Shown here: one piece after another, positions 29,664 through 38,364 of the stretch
How positions within the stretch are numbered: position 1 is the first letter of the stretch
Layout: each line of letters starts with the position of its first letter
From: an uncultured Myxococcales bacterium
Lineage (GTDB): Bacteria; Myxococcota_A; UBA9042
DNA: 64,000 nt
Direction: 5' to 3'
Assembly: GCA_903842345.1 (NCBI GenBank)
Contig: CAIMLR010000039.1
Location: 140,268-204,267 of the forward strand
Notes under the pieces: generated by a model
Told to the model about the DNA's origin: nothing
The model's input: the letters and a program-made list of their open reading frames with translations, nothing else
Databases searched by the model: none
Program-made: the position numbers and the translations under genes

Positions 29664-29722
29664 CCCGTCCAACAAATGCCCGCGTTTCCAAACGGTTCGG
29701 ACTTTTCTCAGGAGTTCTTCGC

Positions 29723-29962
29723 ATGAGCCATGTCACACACCAGTCGGTCAAGTTGCACCGCACGCTGTACATGCAGCAGGCGGTGAAGGATGCGGCGACC
29801 ACGTTTGCCGATTTTGCCGCGTTCACCATCAAGCGCGATGGCGACTACTACGCCGTGGACATCAAGGACATTGATCCGGACGTCGACGGCGACGTGGTGG
29901 CCGAGTTCTGCAACTTCGCGCTGGCCAACACGGCCGGTCGCAAGAAAACCAAGAAAGCCTAG
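29723..29962 (+). CDS. Small protein (79 aa), paralog of the previous gene, also ending in a Lys-rich tail (…ANTAGRKKTKKA).
   Basis: ATG at 29723 with AGGAG at 29711-29715. Alignment LYMQQAVKDAATTFADFAAFTIKRDGDYYAVDIKD versus LYPADVLYAAAYVFLDRAYVLLDRAGPRYEVHLRG. The longer track ORF from 29627 overlaps the upstream gene. Confidence 0.55.
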   Translation: MSHVTHQSVKLHRTLYMQQAVKDAATTFADFAAFTIKRDGDYYAVDIKDIDPDVDGDVVAEFCNFALANTAGRKKTKKA

Positions 29963-29992
29963 GCGCGCAAGCAGCCACAGGAGCCAACACGT

Positions 29993-31555
29993 ATGACAGC
30001 GACCACGCTTCAGACCAAAAGCCAGAAGCACGATCTGCTGCCCAAAGGCAAACAGGTTGATCTGACGAAGATTTCCAGCCCCGGCCGCTGGAAGCCTGAG
30101 TTTGCGGTGCCGTTCAACCAGCGGCAGCTCGGCACGAAGATTCTGATTTCCAACGACATGGGCGATTGGGACCTGCTGACGCAGGACGAATTCCGCGACT
30201 TCATCGAGGGCAAGCCGCTGCCGGGCGAGCCGCTGTACGAGAAGCTCAAGGCGCGCAATTTCATCGCCAAGGAAATCAACGTCGCGGAGCAGGCGGAGCG
30301 CTGGAAACGCAAGAAGCAGTACCTGTTCTACGGCCCGACGCTGCACGCGTTTGTGCTGACGCATCGCTGCAACCACGGTTGCCAGTACTGCCACAGCTCG
30401 ATCGTGGGCATGGACCGCAAAGACACGGACATGTCGATCGAGACGGCGGAGCGCGCGGTTGACCTCGTGTTCCAGACGACGAGCCCGGGCATCACCATCG
30501 AGTTCCAGGGCGGCGAGCCGACCGCGAACTGGGAAGTCCTGCAGCACATCGTCGAGTACGCGCGGCAGAAGAACGCGCTGGCCAACAAGGCGCTGTCGTT
30601 CGCCCTGGTGACGAATCTGTCGCTGATGGACGACGAGAAGATGGAGTACCTGCTCGATCGCAAAGTGCAGATCTGCACGAGCCTCGACGGTCCCGCGGAT
30701 TTGCACAACAAGATCCGCATCTTCAAGGACGGCAACAGTCAGGAAACCCTGATGTACTGGATGAAGCGGATCAACGCGCGCTACGGCGAGCTTGGCCTCG
30801 ACACCAACCTGTACCGCGTGGAAGCGCTGCCGACGATCACCAAGCCGAGCCTGCATCGGTGGAAGGAAATCGTCGACACGTACGTGGAAGCCGGCTGCAA
30901 GGCGGTGTTCCTGCGCAAGCTCGACCCGTTCGGATTTGCGGAGCGCACGGCCAAGACGTTGGGCTACTCGATGGACGACTTCCTCGAGTTCTACGCCCAC
31001 GCCGTGGACTACATCATCGAACTGAACCGCAACGGCACGCAGGTGATGGAGCGGCACGCGTCGATCATGCTGAACAAGATCCTCGCGGATCAGGAGCCCA
31101 ACTACCTGGACTTGCGGACGCCCGGTGGCGCGTGCATCGGCCAGCTGGGCTACGCGCCGGACGGCAACGTCTACTCGAGCGATGAAGGCCGCTTCGTCGC
31201 CGCGATGGGCGATGAGATGTTCAAGATCGGCACGGTCGACGACACGTACCACCACCTGATGACCAACGCGCAGACCCGCGCGATGGTGATGGCGGGCTTG
31301 AACGACGCGCAGCCGGATTGCGTGAGCTGCGTGTACAAGCCGTGGTGCGGCCAGCAGGTCGAGTACAACTACAAGACCCAGGGCTCGCTGCACGGCCACA
31401 TGCGGGATTCCGTGTGGTGCAAGAAGCACAAGTCGATCTTCGACTACCTGATGTACAAGCTGGAAAACGCCGACGAGAAGGACATGGAAATGTTCCGCCG
31501 TTGGACGACGAACCGGCAGCTTGAGCACTTCCTGCAGGAACGCGCCCCGCTGTGA
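29993..31555 (+). CDS. Radical SAM/SPASM-domain maturase (anSME-like) with a roughly 110-aa N-terminal extension.
   Basis: GGAG 9 nt upstream of the ATG. HRCNHGCQYC (CxxxCxxC), IEFQGGEPT, and a C-terminal SPASM-like region (GGACIGQLGYAPDGNVYSSDEG … CVSCVYKPWCGQQ … C). The antisense ORF 29708..31873 is rejected. Confidence 0.85.
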   Translation: MTATTLQTKSQKHDLLPKGKQVDLTKISSPGRWKPEFAVPFNQRQLGTKILISNDMGDWDLLTQDEFRDFIEGKPLPGEPLYEKLKARNFIAKEINVAEQAERWKRKKQYLFYGPTLHAFVLTHRCNHGCQYCHSSIVGMDRKDTDMSIETAERAVDLVFQTTSPGITIEFQGGEPTANWEVLQHIVEYARQKNALANKALSFALVTNLSLMDDEKMEYLLDRKVQICTSLDGPADLHNKIRIFKDGNSQETLMYWMKRINARYGELGLDTNLYRVEALPTITKPSLHRWKEIVDTYVEAGCKAVFLRKLDPFGFAERTAKTLGYSMDDFLEFYAHAVDYIIELNRNGTQVMERHASIMLNKILADQEPNYLDLRTPGGACIGQLGYAPDGNVYSSDEGRFVAAMGDEMFKIGTVDDTYHHLMTNAQTRAMVMAGLNDAQPDCVSCVYKPWCGQQVEYNYKTQGSLHGHMRDSVWCKKHKSIFDYLMYKLENADEKDMEMFRRWTTNRQLEHFLQERAPL

Positions 31556-31590
31556 ACCCGTCGCGCGCGCTGGTGCGTTGGCGGCTGTTT

Positions 31591-31607
31591 TGGGGCGCAT
31601 CCGGCCG
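31591..31607 (+). terminator. GC-rich hairpin (CCGGCCG-AAG-CGGCCGG) 36 nt after the SPASM gene stop. Candidate intrinsic terminator of the cluster.
   Basis: 7-bp perfect stem with a 3-nt loop, read from the sequence. No U-tract, as is usual in high-GC genomes. Confidence 0.3.
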
Positions 31608-31755
31608 AAGCGGCCGGACCGGGCTCTAGTCCGGGTGGGGTGCTGACGCACGCACCCGGACCGGAGACTCGCTGCGCGAGCCTCCGCGCATTCGCGTGAC
31701 GATCCCTCGCGCAGGGCGCGGGTGACGTCGCGGTGAGCGCCACGCCCTTGGCCGC

Positions 31756-32841
31756 GTGCCCTGCTCCACGGAGGACGCCTTGCTGCTCGGCGCAAAACAC
31801 CCAGGCATCCATATCCTCGGCTCCTGGCGCGGGCTCTCCGTCCACGCGCTCGGTTTTGGCCGCGTCTGGGCAAGTCGCGGCGGGCGCCTGTACACGCGCG
31901 CGCTCGCCGGTGGCCCGTGGCAGCTGCAGGATCGCCTGCCTGAACCGGCGTGGCAGCGTTTGCTCGGCCGGTCGGCGTTTGTCGGTCAGGCGCTCCGGAT
32001 CGGCATTCACGGCGTGCTGCCGCTGACCGATCGGGCGCAGCTTGTGGTCGCGACCGGGCGGCTGTGGCGCGTTGAGGATGGCCGTTGGCACGAGGCGTTG
32101 CCGTTTGACTTCCGCAAGCCCGCGCGACTGGGCGTCCTTCGCAGCGCGGAAGGCCAAGTCTATTGCGCCGAGTACACGCTCAATCCGCGCCGCGACCGCG
32201 CCATCCGCCTCTGGCGCTCTGACGATGGCGCCCGCAGCTTCCAGCAAGTCTTCGCGTTTGCCGCGGGTCAGGTCCGCCACATCCACTTCATCCAGCAGGA
32301 TCCGGTGGACGGCTCGCTGTGGCTCGGCACGGGCGATCGCGACGCCGAAAGCGCGATCTGGCGCTCCACGGATCGCGCCGCGAGCTGGCAAGTCATCGGC
32401 GGCGGCAACCAGTCCTGGCGGGCCATCGGCGTGGCGTTCCTGCCCGACGCGGTCATCTGGGGCACCGACGCCGGCAGCGACGCCGGGCGATTCCAGAACG
32501 TCGCGTTGCGCTGGGACCGCCAGACGCGCGCGTTGACGACCCTCGGGCGCCTGCAGGGCCCCGTGCACGGCATCACCGCGCTGGCGGACGGCGGCGTGCT
32601 CTTGTCGACCGGCTGCGAAGGCGGCGTCAACGAGACCGACCGCCGCGTGCACCTCTGGGCCATCCACAGCGGTAAAGGTCCGCAGGAAATCGCCAGCTTT
32701 GCCGCAGGTCTGCAACCCAAACGCGCGCAGTACCCCGTGCTGCACTGCGCCCAAGGGCAAGAGCAAAGCGACCACGTCTGGCTCGTCGGCCGCGGTCTGT
32801 TGGCCAGTCCGCTTGTGGCGCTGGAAATCGCGGTCCGCTGA
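31756..32841 (+). CDS. BNR/Asp-box repeat protein (sialidase-like beta-propeller), hypothetical.
   Basis: Asp-box motifs SxDxGxxW/F: RSDDGARSF, RSTDRAASW. The antisense 443-aa ORF is rejected. Confidence 0.55.
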   Translation: MPCSTEDALLLGAKHPGIHILGSWRGLSVHALGFGRVWASRGGRLYTRALAGGPWQLQDRLPEPAWQRLLGRSAFVGQALRIGIHGVLPLTDRAQLVVATGRLWRVEDGRWHEALPFDFRKPARLGVLRSAEGQVYCAEYTLNPRRDRAIRLWRSDDGARSFQQVFAFAAGQVRHIHFIQQDPVDGSLWLGTGDRDAESAIWRSTDRAASWQVIGGGNQSWRAIGVAFLPDAVIWGTDAGSDAGRFQNVALRWDRQTRALTTLGRLQGPVHGITALADGGVLLSTGCEGGVNETDRRVHLWAIHSGKGPQEIASFAAGLQPKRAQYPVLHCAQGQEQSDHVWLVGRGLLASPLVALEIAVR

Positions 32842-32889
32842 ACTTCGCGCGCTGGCACAGATGTGTCACACTCGGCGCGGAGGTGTCCT

Positions 32890-34206
32890 GTGGCTTATCG
32901 CGCTGTTGAGATCATTGCCCGCAAACGGGACGGCCACGTGCTGGACGGCGACGAGATCCGCTGGCTCATCGCCGGATTCACCGACGGCAGCGTGCCCGAC
33001 TACCAAATGGCGGCATTTGCCATGGCCGTCTACTGGCGCGGCATGACGCCGCAGGAGACCGCCGCGCTCCTGGACGCGATGGAACGCTCGGGCGACGTCG
33101 TGCGCTGGCCGAACCTGCCATGGCCGACCGCGGACAAGCACTCGACCGGCGGCGTGGGCGACAAAGTGTCGATTCCGCTCGCCCCCGCCGTGGCCGCATG
33201 CGGCGTCGCGGTGCCGATGATTTCCGGCCGCGGCCTGGGCCATACCGGCGGGACGCTCGACAAGCTGGAGTCCATTCCGGGCTTCAACGTGCGCCTCGAC
33301 CTCGCGGCGTTTGACGCGATGGTGCGGCAAATCGGTGTCAGCCTGATTGGCCAAACGGATCGCCTCGTGCCGGCCGACAAGAAGCTCTACGCGCTGCGCG
33401 ACGTGACCGCGACGGTGGAGAGCATTCCGCTGATCACGGCGTCGATCCTGTCCAAGAAGCTGGCGGAGGGCGTGGGCGCGCTCGTGATGGACGTGAAGGT
33501 CGGCTCCGGCGCGTTCATGAAGAATCGCGAGGCGGCGCTGGCGCTGGCGCAATCGCTCGTCGGTGCCGGAACGGCCGCGGGTCGCAAGGTGACGGCGTTC
33601 CTGACCGCGATGGATCGGCCGCTGGGCACGCACATCGGCAACGCGCTGGAGATCGTCGAGTCCATCGAGATCCTGCGCGGCGGCGGTCCGGCGGATACGC
33701 GCGCGCTGACGGTGCGCCTGGGCGGTGAAATGCTGCGGCTGTGCGGCGTGGCGGCGACGCTGGAAGCGGGCGAGGCGCAAATTGCCGCGGCGCTTGACGA
33801 TGGGCGGGCGCTGGCGAAATTCCGCGAACTCGTGGCCGCGCACGGTGGCGACCCGCGCGTGTGCGATGCGCCCGAGGACGTGCTGCCCAAGGCGCCGTTT
33901 GTCGCGCCGCTGCTGGCGTGGCAGGACGGCATCGTGCAGCAGATGGACGCGTGGCTGATCGGCGTGGCGGCGGTGCACCTCGGCGCGGGTCGCAATACCG
34001 CCGCAGATGCCGTGGATCCAGCGGTCGGCTTTGTGCTGGCCAAAAAGCCCGGTGATGCCGTGCGCGCGGGCGATCCGCTCGTGTACGTGCATGCGCGCAC
34101 GCCGGCGCAGCGGGACACGGCGCTTGAACAACTGCGCGCGGCGATTGCCATCGACAAAGGCGCGCCGACGCTGATGCCGCTTTGGCTGGACGTCGTCACG
34201 GCGTAG
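32890..34206 (+). CDS. deoA: Thymidine phosphorylase / pyrimidine-nucleoside phosphorylase.
   Basis: KHSTGGVGDKVS, GHTGGTLDKLESIPGF, and an LIGQT motif. GTG at 32890 preceded by GGAGG; the longer ORF starts at GTG 32863. Confidence 0.85.
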   Translation: MAYRAVEIIARKRDGHVLDGDEIRWLIAGFTDGSVPDYQMAAFAMAVYWRGMTPQETAALLDAMERSGDVVRWPNLPWPTADKHSTGGVGDKVSIPLAPAVAACGVAVPMISGRGLGHTGGTLDKLESIPGFNVRLDLAAFDAMVRQIGVSLIGQTDRLVPADKKLYALRDVTATVESIPLITASILSKKLAEGVGALVMDVKVGSGAFMKNREAALALAQSLVGAGTAAGRKVTAFLTAMDRPLGTHIGNALEIVESIEILRGGGPADTRALTVRLGGEMLRLCGVAATLEAGEAQIAAALDDGRALAKFRELVAAHGGDPRVCDAPEDVLPKAPFVAPLLAWQDGIVQQMDAWLIGVAAVHLGAGRNTAADAVDPAVGFVLAKKPGDAVRAGDPLVYVHARTPAQRDTALEQLRAAIAIDKGAPTLMPLWLDVVTA

Positions 34207-34218
34207 GAGGGGGCACGC

Positions 34219-35358
34219 ATGTCTGAAATCAAGCCCTACATCAGCGGCACAGCCATGGCGATCACGGAGCTGCCCGAGCGCATGCAGCCGTTCCTCGCCG
34301 CGACTTCACCCGTCGCGACCCGGCTCCGCGCGGCAGGTGGCGCGCTGCCGCTCACGCCCGATCAGCTGGTGCCCGTGCTGCTCTTCCTGAGTCAGGACGA
34401 GGACGAGATGGTCCGCAAGAAAGCCGCCACCGCGCTGCAGGAGATGCCGCCCGACCTCGTGCATCCGGTGCTGACGCACCTCCGGTCGGCCGCCGCGCTC
34501 GATGCCGCCGCGCGCGTCTTTCACAAGCACGACCGGGTCGCGCGCGAACTGGCGATGCACAACACCATTGCCGACGATACCGTGCGCTGGCTGGCCGGCA
34601 CGGCGTCAGCGGAAGTCTGTGAAGCGATTGGCCGCAACCAGGTGCGCGCGCTGCGCTCCCCGGCGATCATCGAGGCGCTCTGGCTCAATCCGCGCGCTGC
34701 ACAAGGCGTCGTGCAGAACCTGCTTGAACTCGGCGTGCGCCAGAACCTGCCACTGGAACACATCTCGGGCTTTCGCGAGATGAAGGCGATCCTGTCAGGC
34801 GAGGACGCCGACGCGCCGCACGAGAAGGGTCTGAATGACAACGAATTCGCCCTGGCGATGGCGTGGGCGACGCAGAGCTACGAGCGCGAACACGGCTCGA
34901 CGACGCAGGCGCTGACGCCGGAGGAAGCCAAGACCGAGGACGACAAGACGTCGACGCTGCAGTCGCTCATCACCAAGATGTCGGTGTCGCAGAAAGTGCG
35001 GCTGGCGATGGTGGGCGACGCCAACGTGCGCAAGCTGCTGATCCGCGATCCCAAGAAGCTCGTGGCGCTCGCGGTGCTGCGTTCGCCGCGCGTGACGGAG
35101 GGCGAGATCACCAACTTTGCCGCCAACAAGACGCTGTCGGAAGAGCTGTTGACGACGATCTGCCGCAACCGCAACTGGGTCAAGGACTACGCCACGCGCA
35201 AGGCGCTGGTGTTCAACCCCAAGACGCCGCTGGCGTTTTCGATGACGTTCCTGCGCCAGCTCTCGCCCAAGGATTTGAAGGACGCGTCAGGCAGCCGGGA
35301 CGTCAATCAGACCGTCGCGCGCACCGCCAAGCGGATGATTTCTGAGCGACAGGGCTAG
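34219..35358 (+). CDS. Hypothetical alpha-helical (HEAT/ARM-like repeat) protein.
   Basis: No catalytic motif seen. Repeated helical LxxLLxxxDxxVR-like segments. 13-nt gap from deoA suggests co-transcription. Confidence 0.45.
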   Translation: MSEIKPYISGTAMAITELPERMQPFLAATSPVATRLRAAGGALPLTPDQLVPVLLFLSQDEDEMVRKKAATALQEMPPDLVHPVLTHLRSAAALDAAARVFHKHDRVARELAMHNTIADDTVRWLAGTASAEVCEAIGRNQVRALRSPAIIEALWLNPRAAQGVVQNLLELGVRQNLPLEHISGFREMKAILSGEDADAPHEKGLNDNEFALAMAWATQSYEREHGSTTQALTPEEAKTEDDKTSTLQSLITKMSVSQKVRLAMVGDANVRKLLIRDPKKLVALAVLRSPRVTEGEITNFAANKTLSEELLTTICRNRNWVKDYATRKALVFNPKTPLAFSMTFLRQLSPKDLKDASGSRDVNQTVARTAKRMISERQG

Positions 35359-35361
35359 TTC

Positions 35362-36999
35362 TCAGTTCCTGTCCAGCTCGCCAGCCGTCACCGCTTCCAG
35401 GATCACGTCGGAAAGCAGCGCGGTTTCGCCGCACGCCGCCTTGTCGTCCGCCTTGAAGGGCTTGCCATCCAGGCACTGGCGATCGCCAAACTGCAGCGGC
35501 AGATAGCTGCTGCCGCCGCGCGCGAGGTAATCCAGCGTCGCGATCGTGTACTTCATGGTCGGCACCAGCGGCTGCCCGCCGACCGTGATGTCCTGGGCGC
35601 GCTCGCCGCGCAGTTCAATCGCGACCGGCTTGTTGTCGACGTATTTGTAGCGCGCCGCCGTCCGCGCCACGTCGCACCGCATCTGCACGCCCCAGACGAT
35701 GCTGTTGGCGCCATGCTCCTGGTTCTGCGCGTGCCCGCAGGCGTGTTCCAGCACGTCGCGCAGGTGCTCACCGGTCAACGTCACCAACACCACGCGGTTG
35801 CGGAACGGGTGAATCGCCGAAACTTCCAGGTTCGTGACCAGTCCCGGCGGATAGATCGTGTGGCTGCGGAAGCCGCCGGTATTCAACAAGCCGCCGTCGA
35901 CGTGGTGCTTGCTGATGCGTTCGGCGTACTGCGCCACCGCCCGCGTGGCGCGAACGGCATACTGCGAATGCGCAATGTCCATCACGTCCCAGGCAAATTC
36001 GCGCTTGCCGATGACCTTCTCCGGCACCAGTTCGGCCAGCAGCTTGTCCGTCTGGGCGACGATAGCCGCGTCCGGCGCGTGCTGCTGCGGCATCTCCAGC
36101 GCGTAGGTCGTCGCGTCGGCCAGATGGCCCGCCGCGTCCACCGCCAGGTCGATCCGTCCCAGCCGCTCAAAACGCGCGCCCGTCTGGGTGATCCACGTCG
36201 GACCCACGCGGATCGCGTGTTCCAGCTTGGTGTGGGAATGGCCGCCGACGATCACGTCGATGCCCGACACGTCCACGGCCAGCTGCTTGTCGTCGTCCAC
36301 GCCGAGGTGGGACAGCAGGACGATGGTCTCCGCACCCTGCTGCCGCAGCCCGGCGATCGCCGCCTTGGCGCTCTCCTCCAGTGGCTTGAGCTTGACGTCG
36401 CCGAGATCGGAGATCGTCCGCGTGCTCGGCGTCAGCAGGCCAAACAGGCCGATCTTGATGCCGCCGCAATCGGCGATCGCCGTCGCGCCAAACAGGCCAT
36501 CGGCGTGACCCGGCTCCGCTGGCTCAAGCGCGGTTCCAGCGCCATCGACGTTGGCCGCCAGCAACCGGAACTGGTGCAAACCCTGCAGTGCGCGCCGCAC
36601 AACTTTCGGGCCATTGTCGAACTCGTGATTGCCGAGCGCGCCAAAATCGTAGCCCGCCGCCTCGTAGACCGGCCAGTTGTCCGCCGCCGCCCGCGCGCGA
36701 TCGCCGTCCTGCCGTTCCAGGAACCGGCCCTGCAGCATGTCCCCGCCTTCCAGCAGCAGCACGCCGCCCGGGTGCGCCAACAGCGCTGCCTTCTTGGCCG
36801 CAGCGATGCGGGCCAGCGGATACGTGTAGGTCAGCTTGCCATCGGCCCCGCGCACGGCGCCGTCAAAGTTGGACTCGCTGTCATTGGTCGTGAGCAACAG
36901 GCAGCGCCGTACGGCCGGCGCAGTCGACGCCGCGGCCGGCACTTGGGGCGCGCTGCACGCCAGCGGGAACAAGACGAGAAACAGCCAAGCATGTCGCAT
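35362..36999 (-). CDS. Bifunctional metallophosphatase / 5'-nucleotidase (UshA-like) lipoprotein.
   Basis: Lipobox LFPLAC|S. Calcineurin-like motifs (LLLEGGDMLQG, GNHEFD, GGHSHT) plus a 5'-nucleotidase C-terminal domain. Confidence 0.75.
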   Translation of the reverse strand: MRHAWLFLVLFPLACSAPQVPAAASTAPAVRRCLLLTTNDSESNFDGAVRGADGKLTYTYPLARIAAAKKAALLAHPGGVLLLEGGDMLQGRFLERQDGDRARAAADNWPVYEAAGYDFGALGNHEFDNGPKVVRRALQGLHQFRLLAANVDGAGTALEPAEPGHADGLFGATAIADCGGIKIGLFGLLTPSTRTISDLGDVKLKPLEESAKAAIAGLRQQGAETIVLLSHLGVDDDKQLAVDVSGIDVIVGGHSHTKLEHAIRVGPTWITQTGARFERLGRIDLAVDAAGHLADATTYALEMPQQHAPDAAIVAQTDKLLAELVPEKVIGKREFAWDVMDIAHSQYAVRATRAVAQYAERISKHHVDGGLLNTGGFRSHTIYPPGLVTNLEVSAIHPFRNRVVLVTLTGEHLRDVLEHACGHAQNQEHGANSIVWGVQMRCDVARTAARYKYVDNKPVAIELRGERAQDITVGGQPLVPTMKYTIATLDYLARGGSSYLPLQFGDRQCLDGKPFKADDKAACGETALLSDVILEAVTAGELDRN

Positions 37000-37002
37000 G
37001 AA

Positions 37003-37704
37003 TTACCCTTTTTGCCGCGCTTCTGGACCGAGTCCAGCCTTCTTGCGGGCCTCCAACAGCCGCGCCAGGTCGGCGGCGGGCAGCGTCGTCAGGCGGCCAA
37101 TCTGCATCGCGCGCAGCTGGATCGCCGCGAGGTGCTCCAGCAGTTCAGCGCGCAGGTACGCCTGCTCCAGATCGTCGCCCCATGCCAGCACGCCGTGATT
37201 GCCAAGCGTCAGCGCGTCAAACTTCAGCGCGGCCTGGGTCAGCTGGCCAATCTGCTCAGCGCTCTGCGGAAACGCATACGGCAGCAGCGGAATCTCCACG
37301 CCCAGGGAGACCACGGCTTCCGCCAGCATCCGCGGCTCGATCGCCACGCCCGCCACCGCCAGCGCGGTCGCGTTGGGCGCGTGCGTGTGCACAACCGCGC
37401 GCACGTCCGGCCGCGCCGCGTACACCGCCCGGTGCAGCTTCAGTTCAGAAAACGCCTTGCGCCCGCCTTGCAGCACGCGGTCGCGGGCGTCCAGCACAAT
37501 CAGGTCGCTCTCCGTCAGCACGCGCTTGGACAGCGCGGTCGGCGTCGCCAGCAGGTGCTCCCCGGGCAGCCGCAGGGTCACATTGCCGTCGTGATTGGCC
37601 ACCCAGCCGCGCGCATGGAGCTCCTGGGCGATTGCCAGCAGTTGCCGACGGGCCTGCGCCAGCGTCGGTTCACCCAGATGCAGCCGGTGCAGGGTCGTCG
37701 CCAT
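37003..37704 (-). CDS. Class II aldolase/adducin-family protein (FucA/MtnB-like).
   Basis: Motifs ANHDGNVTLRL, HTHAPNATALA, LGNHGVLAWG, the zinc-binding His pattern of class II aldolases. Its start overlaps the stop of the upstream BMC-P gene. Confidence 0.75.
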   Translation of the reverse strand: MATTLHRLHLGEPTLAQARRQLLAIAQELHARGWVANHDGNVTLRLPGEHLLATPTALSKRVLTESDLIVLDARDRVLQGGRKAFSELKLHRAVYAARPDVRAVVHTHAPNATALAVAGVAIEPRMLAEAVVSLGVEIPLLPYAFPQSAEQIGQLTQAALKFDALTLGNHGVLAWGDDLEQAYLRAELLEHLAAIQLRAMQIGRLTTLPAADLARLLEARKKAGLGPEARQKG

Positions 37705-37976
37705 CAGTCGATCGTTGAAACGGCGTCGACGACGCCGACGATCAGGCAGCGGACGGGCGATTTGCTGTCGCCGAGCAGTTGGCGGATGCCGTTGCCTTCG
37801 CGGAGGATGACGACCGTGTCCCCGGGGCCAGCTTGCGCGTGATCGACGGCGAGGAAGCTGTCGCCGGAGTCGCTGCCGTCGGCCTCAATCGGCTGCACGA
37901 CAAAGAGCGGCAGGCCGCGCAAGCTGGGATGCTTGACGGTCGCGACGACGCTGCCGAGGACGCGCGCGAGGATCAC
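37704..37976 (-). CDS. Bacterial microcompartment vertex (pentamer) protein, EutN/CcmL/PduN family (BMC-P).
   Basis: [29 protein letters not shown]…[16 protein letters not shown]…GDSKSPVRC matches the EutN pattern (VIGSVVSTQKHPSL…LLLVQ…AVD…GAG…VL…GS). Confidence 0.85.
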   Translation of the reverse strand: MILARVLGSVVATVKHPSLRGLPLFVVQPIEADGSDSGDSFLAVDHAQAGPGDTVVILREGNGIRQLLGDSKSPVRCLIVGVVDAVSTID

Positions 37977-38302
37977 TTTGCGCTCCGTGCAGCCGTCTTG
38001 GGCGCGGCGGTCTTGGGCGCAGCCGCTTTGGGGCGCGCAGGCACGTCGATTTGATCAACGATGGCGATGATCGCCGCGTCGACTGGCACAAACGGATCGG
38101 GCATCGCCAGCGCCGCTTCACGCGACGTCGTCAGGTGCACGCAATCGCCGGGGCCCGCTTGGGTCGTGTCGGCCGCGCAAAATGGCTTGCCGCGGTCGGC
38201 GCCATGCTCGTCAATCGGCTGCACCATCAGGAGGCGAATACCCTCCAGCCCCGGCGTTTTCCGGGTGGCGACGACATTGCCGATGACGCGCGCAAGCAGC
38301 AT
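37973..38302 (-). CDS. Second BMC vertex protein (EutN/CcmL family) with an Ala/Pro/Lys-rich C-terminal tail.
   Basis: From the Met at 38302: [60 protein letters not shown]…. The ORF extends to 38356. Overlaps the downstream BMC-P start by 4 nt. Confidence 0.75.
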   Translation of the reverse strand: MLLARVIGNVVATRKTPGLEGIRLLMVQPIDEHGADRGKPFCAADTTQAGPGDCVHLTTSREAALAMPDPFVPVDAAIIAIVDQIDVPARPKAAAPKTAAPKTAARSAK

Positions 38303-38364
38303 AGGCACACTGTCGCACGCGCGCGGGCTGTCGACAAGACCTTGCCCCCGCCGCAAAGGACCGC

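Noticed and set aside
24279-31555. Assignment of the rSAM cluster to the His-Xaa-Ser (Hxs) system or to mycofactocin/PQQ/anSME-sulfatase systems.
   Set aside because: No His-Xaa-Ser repeat protein, no short PqqA/MftA-like precursor and no sulfatase is present in the window. The resemblance (paired rSAMs plus small proteins) is architectural only and cannot be confirmed without HMM searches.
31444-32775. 443-aa minus ORF.
   Set aside because: The + strand frame carries BNR/Asp-box motifs (SxDxGxxW/F). The minus frame is low-complexity.
35713-37842. 709-aa + ORF, and 42463..45216 (917 aa) + ORF.
   Set aside because: Antisense to the 5'-nucleotidase/aldolase genes and to the batA/sod/DUF58 genes respectively, all of which have diagnostic motifs.
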